A DNA stretch of 64,000 nucleotides from Bugula neritina (taxonomy: Eukaryota; Animalia; Bryozoa), in contig OZ037769.1 in the NCBI GenBank assembly GCA_964035545.1, positions 496,001 through 560,000 on the forward strand, in the 5' to 3' direction. The position numbers and the translations under genes were made by a program. The stretch's first letter is position 1; each line of letters begins with the position of its first letter. The notes beneath the pieces were generated by a model. That model did not search any database. It saw nothing but the letters and a program-made list of their open reading frames with translations, and was not told where the DNA came from. This document shows positions 33,692 to 53,774 of this stretch, in pieces.

Positions 33692-36600
33692 ATGTTGATT
33701 TGGATATTCATACTTATGGGGATTGTAGAAGGTGAGTAGTCAATATAATATTGTATTATAACTTGTTCTCCATGTAATCATATTGCTGGTTGAGATAACT
33801 AATACAATAACTCGAATAGTTCTGCAAATTTCTGTTTTACAGCTCTTCCATCAACTCCAGTGAACTTTGAAGTTATCACTCTCTCCTCGGTGTGTTTAGG
33901 GTTGTCATGGCAACCCACTGCAGACAGTGATGTCTACCATGAGGTTAGATGTTGCTACATTTGACTATAATATACACACCTGTACCTTGTTATAAAGCAT
34001 GGTAGCTTATTGGTTCTGGTTAAAGATATCATGTGCGAATTCCTTGTGGACTGAAGTATCAACTGAGAAAAAGGTGTGTAACTTTGCCCCCTACACTTCT
34101 GTAACATGTAGTCTCAGAGCTAAATCATCAGACGGGGTGAGCGGAGAGACTTCCGCCACCTCAACCACATCCTGTGGAAGTGAGTCAAGTTTTAATATGT
34201 TACACCAATTAATACAGTAATCTAATTAATTGGTATTTTTATTACTTTTTGATTATACTTGCTTTAATTTTTCTCACATACATTTTCAGGTAACCTGTGC
34301 TTTATATTTTACTAGTCATTCTATATTTCAATGCATTATTCAGATTGTAATATTATATTATATTATATATAATATTATTACTTCTTTGCACTGATTTGTT
34401 TGCCATAAATTCAGAACATCCCACATGAAACATGCTTTATAGCTTTTATTTGCAAATATATTCTAAAGTAAGATACAATTCTAAATACAATACAATACTT
34501 CATGCTAGTTATTCTTGGTACATTGGGACAGAAAATACCTACAGACACAATGATGACTGAATAATCTGACAATATACTGCTTATTTAACTTTAGTTTATT
34601 AGGTATGTTCTAGAGTCTAGCTGGTAGTATTATGTGCTTTTAGTGCCAGCTAAAGTTCTATATAATGCTGCTTTTACCACATCAAACACACTGGGCACGC
34701 CAGAAGACATCAGCCTTGAAATAGATTGGGACGTGAGTATGTTTTCTCATTCCTGAGACAATATCTCTTCAACTCATTTCACACATGCATCATTATATTT
34801 TCTTGCCACAATAAATACAAGACAGCATTGAACTGGACTGAAGTGTTAGTAATATATATCCTTCAATTTTATGCTTTGTACGGCAATCAGAAGCTTGCAT
34901 TCTTTGTGCTCAGGAATCACAGCCCTTCTGCTCATCACTATCCTACTATAAACTCACAATAACACAGAACAGTAATGAGGTATTTCATCAGCAGTTTCAT
35001 GTCAATGATCAGAGGGAGATAACTCTAGACGAAATTTTCACTGCATACACTGAGTACGAGATAACTATGCTCGCAGTCAACAGTCAGAATAATCAGTCTG
35101 AGTTGTCAGTCAAACTATTAACTACTCCTCAACTCCATAAGTTCACTGCTTCAGATGTACTCTTGGTGTGTTGCTATGGAAATAGCAAACATTCGTATGA
35201 ACTGCATCCTGTTGGGGTTTGATGTCCTAAACTTTAGATGTTGCTATATATTTGTTATCATATCCATCAGTCAGGCATGCAGTTTTATATTAATTATCCC
35301 TGAAGCCATTTAATGTCATCTACAGCTTTGTTTATTCTGCTTTAGCCTCTTCAGATGGTCCTGGAATTCACATGAACTTTTATTCCTGCGTTTCCTTGAC
35401 CTTTTCCCCACCTTCTACTCCAAATGGCTACATCCTCTACTACCGGGTGGTTATCATTTATCAATATTCAATTTACTGCTATAAAAATTTAAAGTTGTCA
35501 AAGAACTAAAAGAAATCTTAAGATATTCCTTCTTTTTGGTTTAAAAGTTTTTTTCAGGCCTTTAATTTTCAAACTGATTGAAAACTTTCTGCGAATCTTT
35601 GGAGAACACATATAATTATATACTTGCAGTATGCCTGTGATTATACTGCTAATGTTGATCTCTCAATTTTCCAACTCACACAATTTACTGATACCTCTGA
35701 ACCGCAAGTCAGCTTCTGCCCAGGTTTGGAGTCAATGAAGAAATACACATGCGCTGCCACAGCTGTGAATTCTGCAGGAGCCGGTGAAGTCAGCACGACA
35801 ACTGAATACACACCTGTGACTCACCGTGAGTTGAGTTACTTATTCCACTGCAGTAGCTCAATAACTGCTTTGTTTTATATTATTATGGTGATATAGTATA
35901 GCTATAAATAGCTTTAATGTTCAAAACAAAAAGTTGGGCAGCATTCAGAACTTCTCAGAGTTGATAGTTGAATAGAAATCCAAAGCGCACTCAGTTGGTG
36001 AGTTGTATTTTGAAGGGAGAGACATAACTGCTGAAAGTGCTGATGTAGAGTGGCATATTTTGTTTTAGAAAATCAAATTTCTGTGTAAAGCAAAAAATAT
36101 TGTTAAAACACATCCTGAGCAATTATGAGGAACACAACATTAGTGAGAGCAAGGCTTGAGGAGAGACTATAGAACACCACACACTGTAGAATATTCTATG
36201 TATGAATAACAAAACACATATCACTAATTTCTACTTCAACACTATTTTCATTTTAGCTAAATATTTATTGTAGATGTGGAGAGTAGATATGTCTTATACA
36301 TTCGACCCTATGGCATGGGTTTAGTGCGAGTGTACTTCTATAGTCCGATTCCGTATTATGCTGAACACGTGGAAATCAGGTTTGCCATTTGCTCATCTAC
36401 CATAATAATGTTACAAGGAGCCCTAGTTTGCCATATACCATGCATTCTATAGCAGTAGAAGATGGCTCATTTTGAAATATATACAGTAAACAAACTTAAC
36501 GAATGTACAGAATTATTGTTTATGTTTTCAAACTTGATTATTCAATTTTGTAGAAACTATTTGATAGTTGTGAGGCAGCCAAACGGTACAAGCTGCTGGA

Positions 36601-38130
36601 ACACGACTGCTGTCAGCTTTGCAGTTGCTGCTGATAACAGCTCACTCTGCTACATTGCTGCAGTTATTTCACCTGACAAACTATCAGCAAGCCTAGACAT
36701 AGGGGCAGACAACTACTACGGGGAGTACTACAACGCCCCTCTAGTGAAAGATAAAGAGTATGAGTTCTACGTTGTGATGTTAGTCTACTCTAAACTGGTA
36801 AGTTACTGCTTCGCTGCTTTCCTGTTTCATAGTCTAAGTGTATGATTCAACTTGACAAGTGTAACGTGTATATTTTAGGAAAAAGAGGAAATGATGCAAT
36901 ACATAGCAGTCCAGTCGGCTGTAGGTAAGTTCAACTGGTAATAGAGCTTTACTGTGCTTACCTAATTTGTAAAATGATCAGGTTTTGTAATTCTTTCACT
37001 TTCAAACCAAATGTTCAAGTATGAGTTAACAAATGCATACAATTTCATGTTTTTGTCTGACAGTAAAAGATGTTCTTTGCCCAAGACCACCAGAAGGCAA
37101 CAATTCAATAGTTATAGCGACTCACACCGGGAACTTCCTAGGAGATACGGTGACTTATGGCTGTGAAGACGGGTTCATCCTACGGGGAAATGACAAGTTA
37201 AGATGTCAATTGAATGGCACAGAATCAATATGGTTTGGAAAACTTCCAAAATGTCGACCAGGTATCATCTTTTTCTACATTTTTTCATTTAAATCTAATG
37301 AAACAGTCTTTTGATGGTAGCTAGGATCAGCTTTAAACTTTTACCTATTTTCTAACTAGTGGAAACTTATTTTTTATTCTCATTGAGTTTTGCTTGCTGC
37401 TAGATAATATGTTATTCTAATATACTTGTAAACATATAGTTTCAGCTGTTTATAAGTGGTAAGCTTGCTGATTATTCTCATTGTGATTAATTCGTATCAA
37501 AACCTCGGTTTTTTTTTCAGAAGAATAATTATAATTATAACATTTTCATAATTGTATGGAAATAAACATGTTTTGTAATTACTTAGTCAATGGCATATGT
37601 TGTGCCTCTTAGCTTTTCTATACAATGTAAACATTATACTTTTAGTTTGGGAGATTCCACTGGGAGTTGGCTTGCCACTTGCAGTTATAGCAGCTGTGCT
37701 TCTGATACTTGGTGCTGTCAAGCTCAACAAAGTTTTTCAGAACCGTAAAGCAACAGATTCCCGTGTGACCCCTGATACAAGAAATAATTATTTGGAACTA
37801 GAGGTAGACCAGAACAGTGGAGGAAGTCATCAATCTACCAGCAGACCAAGATCTGCGAGAGCTGGCAGAAAAAAGAAAATTAAAAAACAGGAAGTTGATG
37901 ATGAAGAGGGAAATCAGACAGAACCTACAAGAGAAAGCCGTTCTGATCTAGAAAGTTCCAACTCTAGCTTACCAAGAGCAGCGGGTGGATACGCTGTCCC
38001 AAGTGCACCAGAATTATCTACTAAAGAAGAAGTTACACCTCCAACTAGAAGGGCTCAACCTGTTGCTAGCAACGAGCCTCCACCCCCATCTTATGATGAG
38101 GTAATGAGGCTTAATAACCGGGAGAAGTAG
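33692..38130 (+). CDS. Gene D: single-pass receptor (signal peptide, 3 FN3, RPTP-type membrane-proximal FN3-like domain, sushi/CCP, TM, PSAP + PPxY tail); one splice donor is defective
   Basis: Exons 33692-33731, 33843-33943, 34026-34179, 34644-34732, 34914-35136 (donor reads ATAAGT), 35346-35446, 35630-35825, 36274-36379, 36554-36797, 36879-36924, 37064-37261, 37646-38130. CYIAA..IGADNYYGEYYNAPL..Y motif. Sushi CPRPP..VTYGCEDGFILRG..C..W.GKLPKC. TM IPLGVGLPLAVIAAVLLILGAV. Confidence 0.8.
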
Positions 38131-39030
38131 GCTATCAAATGAATGCTCACTTTGCTAAAATATGCTCAATTGTTTACTTTATTATTGTAAATAATTTTTA
38201 TTTGCTTCAAACATGTTTTTAAATTATATAATTATCATAACTTGTAGAGAATGGTTCATGTAAAGCTATCTTTATTTCTACTTTTGCAGAATTAGCTTCA
38301 AATAGGCTACCTTAATTTCGAGTTTCAAAATAATGTTCTATTTCTAAAGACTTTAGATTTTCTTTTTATAATCTACTTTAGTTTGTTAACAAAACGGAAA
38401 GCTCTTCTATAAGCATTTTTATATAATACACCAGAATATACAACTTTATAAACTTTGAGTAGTTTGACCAACAAAAAATAAACTCAAAATAAAGCAATAG
38501 TATACTGCCCTAATAAGTTCTTGTAGTCATACTTTCAACTTCTATAAGTGGCTAATGTAGGAATAGGGGCTGCACCAACTAACTTACAATGCCCTGCTTT
38601 CAACTGTTGGTTTGCCATCTATATGTCATTCTTGAAGTTGCAACCTTGCAAAATACTACTCAGCTTAGATATTGTTAAGAGTGCTCAAACATGAAATAGA
38701 ATTTAGCTATGAGCATTAACATGGAGTATTGTACAGTCTCAGATTTGAGACATGAAGAGGAAAAAACACCTTGTAACACTTGTTATTTTCTCCAAAAGCT
38801 AGTAGCACCTTCACCAGTAGAACTGACACGAGCAAGCAGCTTCATAACAGGTAAAAAGTAGGTAACATTTTCAAATATTCAGTTACATGGAATTAGATGG
38901 CAAAGTAGGCAAGGCATTCAACAGCATGAATTTTATAAATAGTTTGTAAATAATTTGAATAACTAACTTTTCTAAATAGTTCTAAAAGTTATTAAAAAGT
39001 TGGAAAGCTTTAAATGATTAGCTGAAACTG

Positions 39031-39588
39031 ATGAGACCTAAAAACAGGGCAATCTTTATACTGGGCTCGCTACACATATGCACAGGCGTGTTTTTGATTG
39101 GTCTGGTAATAAAGAACATTGCTGACACGTACAAAGTGGAGAGTTCCAGCCCCGGGGAGAGGGCCAGTTCAGCCGCTCCACTAGTTACCGGACTCCTCGC
39201 AATTTTCTGCGGAGGTTTTGAAGTGATGGACATGTTTTGTGATGATAGCATTAAAATACTCCACATAATTGGCACCACCGTTGCTACAACCGCTTCAGCG
39301 TCACTCCTCTGGAAATACTCCGTAATTGTTTACGAATGTAACAAAACTTTGCTATCACTCCGGTACAGATGTATTTACAGCGAGCAGACAATCAAAGTGC
39401 ATCATTATCTTCTCGCCTTTACTGTGGTCTCGTTCTTTCTTGGTAGTATTGGTGTAGTCATGTCTACCGCGGCACTGAAAAAGTTCTTTCCTTCCCCAAA
39501 GAACTCAATTGAACAGGAAATTTGGCCCAGCACACTTCCTGTAGCTGAGAAGAACACAATTGATCTCAGTTCTCCAAACTCTATCTAA
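39031..39588 (+). CDS. Gene E: intronless four-TM protein, MS4A/CD20-like
   Basis: 185-aa ORF with four hydrophobic helices. TM1 ILGSLHICTGVFLIGL, TM2 APLVTGLLAIFCGG, and a Cys pair in the second extracellular loop. Paralogous to gene F. Family assignment is by pattern only. Confidence 0.7.
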   Translation: MRPKNRAIFILGSLHICTGVFLIGLVIKNIADTYKVESSSPGERASSAAPLVTGLLAIFCGGFEVMDMFCDDSIKILHIIGTTVATTASASLLWKYSVIVYECNKTLLSLRYRCIYSEQTIKVHHYLLAFTVVSFFLGSIGVVMSTAALKKFFPSPKNSIEQEIWPSTLPVAEKNTIDLSSPNSI

Positions 39589-40366
39589 TTATACATTGTG
39601 ACTGAGTTGTAACTGCATGAATGGTTTCTTTATTTTAACTATTTGCACTAACAACATCTAATTGCATGTTCTGAAACAGCGCTTTATTAAAGCTGCAACC
39701 CTGTACAAATATATTCTATATAACCATCCTATAAGTCTTGTTAAGTAGTTTATCTGTATTTTATACAAACACATTTAATAGTATTAATTTATAATATTTT
39801 CTTGATTTTAGTTAATCAGGTAAAAAAACTAATGATATAGGCCATGTAGTTAGTTAATAGCTGTGTCATTGATCTGATGCATTCTGGGATTACACATAGA
39901 AAGTTTTGGACTGCTTATATAGTTATGTAATTTGATTGCTATATAGCGCTATTATAGGACAGATTGCATATAAGATATGCAATATATGCAACTGGTGAGT
40001 ATTTTGTTAAACAAAAAACATCTTTTCAAAAATGTGTCTACTATCCATTTACATTTTACAACCAAATTTGTAAAAAAGAATAATCCTGCATACTGTTTTA
40101 GCTTTTGTTTTCACCTAATTGAAAAACTTATTTAAATCTATAAAATATTACAACTTTATTAGAATCAATTATGTTAGAAATTCGTAACCTTGTTGTTTCA
40201 CCTTCATAACAGTTCAGACAAACATTATTGGAATGCATTGTTTCAATTTTTAGTGAAAAAAATTATAAGAATGAATTCTTGTCACTAGAGCGGCACACAG
40301 CACATTGAACTCTTGCAAACAGAAGTCAGCAGTATTAAATTGTTTGACAAACAGCAGATAATTACA

Positions 40367-40855
40367 ATGAAGGTCGCCAGCCCTGTCATAGCAGCCATCG
40401 GCATCATTCAGCTGCTTTCCGCCATTGTCATAACAGGACTGGCTGCTAAAAACATATCAGATGTGCTTCAAGATAATTCAAAAACTCGTACAGACAAGGT
40501 AAATGCTGCTTCACCCATCATCGTCGCTCTCGTTGTCATGGGATCTGGGATGATAGGAATTCTAAGTATCTTTTGTGGAGGAATTAGTAAAGTGGTTTAC
40601 TTAGTCTCAGCTACAATAGCTATGACTGCTTCAGCTGGGATCATTTGGCTGTACGCTCTCATCTACAGCAACTGCAAGAACATCAAATTAGCAGTTAGTG
40701 ACGAACTTTTAAACGTCTGCGGATTTGATCAGACGACAAGTAGAATCTATACGGTTCTCCTGATCTTTAGCTGCATCGCAGCTGCAATCTCTGCTGTTGG
40801 AATGTTGATATCTTCCATCTCAACATGCTCCCGACTCCCGTCTGATTCAGATTGA
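40367..40855 (+). CDS. Gene F: intronless four-TM protein, MS4A/CD20-like (162 aa from the first ATG)
   Basis: AIGIIQLLSAIVITGLAAKNISD matches E (GLVIKNIAD). ASPIIVALVVMGSGMIGIL resembles MS4A TM2. Cys pair CKN...VC in loop 2. Confidence 0.72.
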   Translation: MKVASPVIAAIGIIQLLSAIVITGLAAKNISDVLQDNSKTRTDKVNAASPIIVALVVMGSGMIGILSIFCGGISKVVYLVSATIAMTASAGIIWLYALIYSNCKNIKLAVSDELLNVCGFDQTTSRIYTVLLIFSCIAAAISAVGMLISSISTCSRLPSDSD

Positions 40856-42169
40856 TAGACAATTGAGGGATTAAAAGCAGTTTGACACTGAACTACTTAT
40901 ATCTATACATTTTTCCCAGTCATATTACAAGTATATGGAACAATAAAATGTCTTAATCAATTACACATATTGCATTTTCAAATGCTCATAATTTAGTAAA
41001 CTGTGTTTACATTATATAAATAATTGGCTTTTTTATTGCCCAATTTTTAGTAAAAATTCAAAAGCATGTACAATGTTGAGTTTACCGAGAGCCCCCTTGT
41101 CCCCCCCCCCTAGAATATTGGTAGCCGTAAAGCTGAAGTCATACAAAGCTGCATGATTGTCACAATGTCATTCCATATTGTAAGAAATTTAGTTCTATTA
41201 ATGATAATTCCCAGGCCATTCAAGTAATTGAGCTTTATAAAAAAAAACTAAACTTCTTTTGACATTGCTTCAAAAAGCTGAACTTTCAATAGAATCTACA
41301 TGCGTATTATTATATTTTGACATTATTTAATTGAAAAAAATTTATTTGCTCAGGAGTTTTAGGCCATGCTAAGTAAAGCATCATGCCGTGAGTAGTGTTG
41401 CTAATTGTTATAATATTTTACTATAATAATAATATATTGAAGCATAGGTATGATGTTATCTTTTAATGCATAATATCAACGTGCAAAGAAAGAATTTTTT
41501 TTAATTATTTGCAGCAAAGGGTTACAAGAAGATATTTTTCTAAAAACGCTGCAGGTAGCTTATCCATATGACACCATCATTATGATATGCTAAATGTAAT
41601 CAGACTTTACACTCTGCAGTGAGTTTTATTGAATACATGATAACTTAATATTTCACCTGCATGTATAGAACTATGATATATGTGTGCAAGTATACGAAGA
41701 TTACTTAGCAAGGTATAGGCTACACAATGTGAAAGTGCTATTTTGAAAGTTTAGAAGAATTTAAACGAACATACCTCATTATGCAGTATATCAACCGAAA
41801 ACTTTTTATTTTATGTAATTGATATTGATATCTTTTATTCTCAGCTCTGTTGTAGTGAAAGTTGAAAATAAATTTGACAACCTATAGTATAGCACTTTGT
41901 CAGGTTGCCAACTTTTACAAAGAGTTTTTATAACAATCTATGCCAAAACCAAAATAGGAGACTGAAAATTATAAATACAATACATATTATACATAGGATT
42001 AGTACGTGAAGACTGACTCATTTCACTTATTGAGCATGTTATAGCAAAAAGGAAGTTTGAGCAAATATTTAAATAAATAGTTTTAAACAAATTAATTATA
42101 TTATGCATAACTATAGATGCAGCAAAACATTTCCACTGTAAAGGGAAACAAACAGGGGTTCAGAAGTTT

Positions 42170-49443
<7,274 letters not shown>

Positions 49444-49824
49444 TCCGTTATAGAGAGATCTAAACAGTCAGCTTACTGTAACTTACTAATGGCGATCTTT
49501 AACCCCAACAGGTAATGCTAGTTATCGATCTGCTAGTTCATTTAACTCGCCGCACTATATCCAAGAATGTGGATCAATAATTCTACAGAAATTAGGCCAT
49601 TGTTATTGACTGGTTAAAAACAATTAGTCACAACTCTTATATATAGTACCTGCAATGCATTGTAATTTAATGAATACAAAGTTTTGTATGAAAGACCCAA
49701 CATGTACATGTACATATGCTTAACATTTATCAAGTGAGTTACTAATGTTTATGCAATGTTTATGATTGTAGTTTTAAAAATAATTATGATTTATTATAGT
49801 GTAATTATATCCTAGTTAGTATAG

Positions 49825-49936
<112 letters not shown>

Positions 49937-52059
49937 GCTATTAAAGTTTCCATAGTTTATTAAGGATATATGGAAGTACAACTGATAGCTATATATTGCT
50001 ACAGATTTTGAGAGCCATGCACTATGTTAGTAAATCTCAGAAGAATACTGTGATATGTGTTGATAATACAACCAGAGATAGTCTATGTGTAGAACATGGG
50101 GTAACAGTTATACAGACATCTAATGGAAGATATATTTACAGGTTCTGTTATATAGAATGATAAGCTGATAGATATTATGCCATGCTTGGCTCTTAACTCT
50201 TACAGTGAGCTTCTTTGATTATTACCAACTTCTAATCATTGCAGAATTTTAGCATTACCAACCAGAAATAAGTTTTTCTTCTCTCCACAATATGTTCTTG
50301 TTTACTTCAAACAGGGTATAATAATGCTTAAAGTGTTTCACTGGCGTTACCATTGAAACTTTTTTTTAATCGTATTTGTCTTTGAAAAAGGTGAGTAACT
50401 GAAATATTTTATTTTATGTGAATAAATAGTTTACTAAATTTTGATGTTATTATCATATGCATTTGAAATTTTATGCTCAACCAAATTTAAGTTTGATATT
50501 TGAAAACATTCTATAACTATTATTAAAAACTAGGCTGGCTATAGTTGTTATAATATTTATTTTTCTTTCTTTAATAAATTTAAATAAGCTCAAGCATGAA
50601 GAAGTAGGTTGACATACATGAGCTTAATTTTAATAAAATAACATAACCAAAACCACATTTTTATAGTTTGTTATGTATCACAAATTTATGTGTCCTATGA
50701 ATAGAAAACAATTATATAAACTAACTAAAGTATTATAGTTAGGCATTTTTAGTAATCTTCAAAAACTAGTATGTAGTTATCGTTTACTATAATTAAGTAC
50801 AGCACAAGATCAAAAATGCAAAAAAAATCTTCATTCGACAGTAAATTTCCAAAGTCCTGAGCTACGAGCTGCCCCCCATAATTCACCATTGAATAAACAT
50901 ATCCCTGACAGAGACTCTTTATCAGGTAGTTGAGTGAACTTCTTATGACGTACTTCCTGTTTGAACTCACCTATATATTGTAGTAATCAGTTGAATATAT
51001 AATCATATATAGTATACCTTGATGAAGAGTGTGTCTGTTTATATATAGAGTAGTATTTAGATATAAACTATAAACTGTAATATATATTAGTATACACTGC
51101 TTGGTACTCAACCTGGTATATAGTTTCAACATCCTATGACTATGTAAACCACCAAGCAATTGTGCAGGCTAATTTATAATATAGTATGTCAATGTGAAAT
51201 TAACCATATACTACAGTTTTAAAACCTAGCTATACATGTCACATTATTTTACCATAGAAAGTACATATAACATATAGTCAAGGCAAGAGTGGCGATGTAT
51301 TACCTGTATCAGAGTTTAGGGTGAATAATGATTTGGTAGCTTTAGAATACACCCAAACTTCTCTACTTGTGTGGTCTAATGCTATACTTCTGGGATTCTT
51401 CACCACAGCAGAGGTCCATGTGATGGTGTCAGACCTACAGTCTAGTCTGTGTACTCTGTTAGCTAGACAGTCAGATATGAGTAGACTGTGTGGAGGGCAG
51501 ATGTTGAGGTAATCTGGACTTACAAACAATGAGTTTGATAGAGTAGATAGTAGTGACCTGATGTAGCAGAGTATACACAGAGTTGTTTGTTATCTGGATC
51601 TGACACATACACTTTGTTGTTACACACAGCTAACTGACTTATAAACTTGTAGTCTGGTACAGACCATCTTTTTACTTCAATATATTTACTATCAAAGACT
51701 ATAACCTGTCTCTTTGCACTAGGCGTTTCCTCTAGCCAAAGAGTATATGCCATGTTGTTATATAGTATTGTATAGAGATAATGTGGCCACTATCTGCTGT
51801 AGTGACAGATTTCAATACTCTGTGTGATCTACTTTGACCGCCTCTCTCACTAGTATCTGGAGATACTCTACTATCTACTACATCAAACCCACCATTTCTC
51901 CCCACCAACATCTTACCCTCCCACTCAGTGACATCATAACAATCCTGACTCATCACAACAGAACACTCAGGATCTAGACTGCTCTATCCTTGTGACTCCC
52001 TCTGTAAGCAGAATACTGAATAATTATATTTATAATGTGCATGAGATATCATATTAGGC

Positions 52060-53774
52060 CAGGGCTGTCCAACAGGCGGCCCGCGGGCCGGATCCGGCCC
52101 TCCAGCTATATTTGTGTGGCCCCCCAAGGTATAGCCAGTTACAAATTTTTGTTGATCAAATTTGCTAACTAGCCCGAAACAGCAGCACATAGGATAGTTG
52201 AGAGCATCCCACTATGAATTTCTATTAAAATGTAGTTTAAGTTCTTCTACAATATTGTTCTGTGGGTGGTATGCGTGTTGCCTACTTGTCATTGTTTAGC
52301 CTGAGATCAAACTACAACCAATAACAGCAAGCTAGTCATTATAGTCTGTTAGCTAGCAAGCCTGTGACTTATAGCAATGTAGACGTCTATATTATATTCT
52401 CATCTCTACGCGTTCACTGAAGTGTGAAGTTATGCACAGTGTTTACTAGTGAAAAAGAAATATACCATTTCCAGTGTATAAATCCACAATTTATATTAAA
52501 TCTAAAAGTCATTGCTTTTTTTATTCAGATATCATGTTTTGCTGCTAAGATATTTTATTGGTACTAAAAAAAATCAACTTTTGAGGCAAAGTTAGCCAAA
52601 AATGTGCAGTTTTTTTCTATAACTTTGCAAAAGAATGAAAAAATTCCAAAAAAGTTGCACTGGGAAAAATAAGATTCACAACATAGTTTTTTTATTTTAA
52701 TTCTAGTAGCCTACAATCAAATGAGATTGTTTTTACTGGTACTGAATTTTTACACAGTTACAATGCAAACCTCAGCAAGGCAGTTGCAGCTAAAAAGTTG
52801 CCCTTAGCTATCCTGTGCAGACAGATATTTTAAAGACATTTAATCAGGACTGGCCATATATAGAGACAAGACTTTTTTGAAAGTATAACTAAGATCTCAT
52901 TTTTATTGATTGTATTGTGAAAGATAAGTAATTGAAGAATCCCTGATACACTTCACTTATGCAGTATTAAAGTATTATTGTGTATATGTTCATTTTCATT
53001 TACATACTGTTTTAAGGTTAGATGCCTAAACAATTTTGTTTTATAATGAATTTTGTGCGAGTATGTACTGAAAAGATTTGGGAGTTGTAATTATCTTGAC
53101 CTTTGACCTTTGACTGCTTGTTAGACGCTGCACTGCACTGAGACGGCTTGAAGGTTTGAACTTTGAACCTTCAATTTTCAGTCAAATGAAATACACAAAA
53201 ATAGATACTACACTTCACTCACTAATCAGCACATAGTCCAGCAACTAAGGGTTGCATGTTCTGATACGAAACTAGATAAATTATCAACAGAATTGTTCAA
53301 GGCAAACAGTACTCACTGTGTACTCACAACTGTCTCACTGATGGTTGTAAAATACAACTATACCGGTATTAGTACAGACTTTTAGAACTGGCGCATCTTG
53401 TTTAAATTTGCATGTGCAATCATGAATATATACTTTGTATGTATATATGTATAATTTTTTATGCACAAACATAAATGCATATATAATTATTGATTATTTA
53501 AGTAATAAAAATGAAATGTTTCTTGTTTACCTATTTTAATTAAATAAATATATATGCACATACACACACGTAAGTAATATATATCTATTTAAATATATTA
53601 TAATTTTAATAAACATGCAAAGCCTAGCCATTGCTTATAATTATAATACATATAGCCTGCAGATGTTTAATGAATCTTGAAAATTGATTTTAAAAACATA
53701 AAAATTTTTGTGGCCCTCGGCCCCAGCTAAAACTTGCAGACTGGCCCTCGGTCTGAAAAGGTTGGACACCCCTG
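52060..53774. mobile_element. Non-autonomous hAT-superfamily DNA transposon (1715 bp)
   Basis: TIRs CAGGGCTGTCCAAC / GTTGGACACCCCTG, subterminal GGCCC motifs, and an exact 8-bp TSD TATTAGGC at 52052-52059 and 53775-53782. No transposase ORF. Confidence 0.93.

Noticed and set aside
35137-35345. U12-type AT-AC intron in gene D
   Set aside because: The 5' end is ATAAGT rather than ATATCCT and the 3' end is AG, so a mutated U2 donor fits better.
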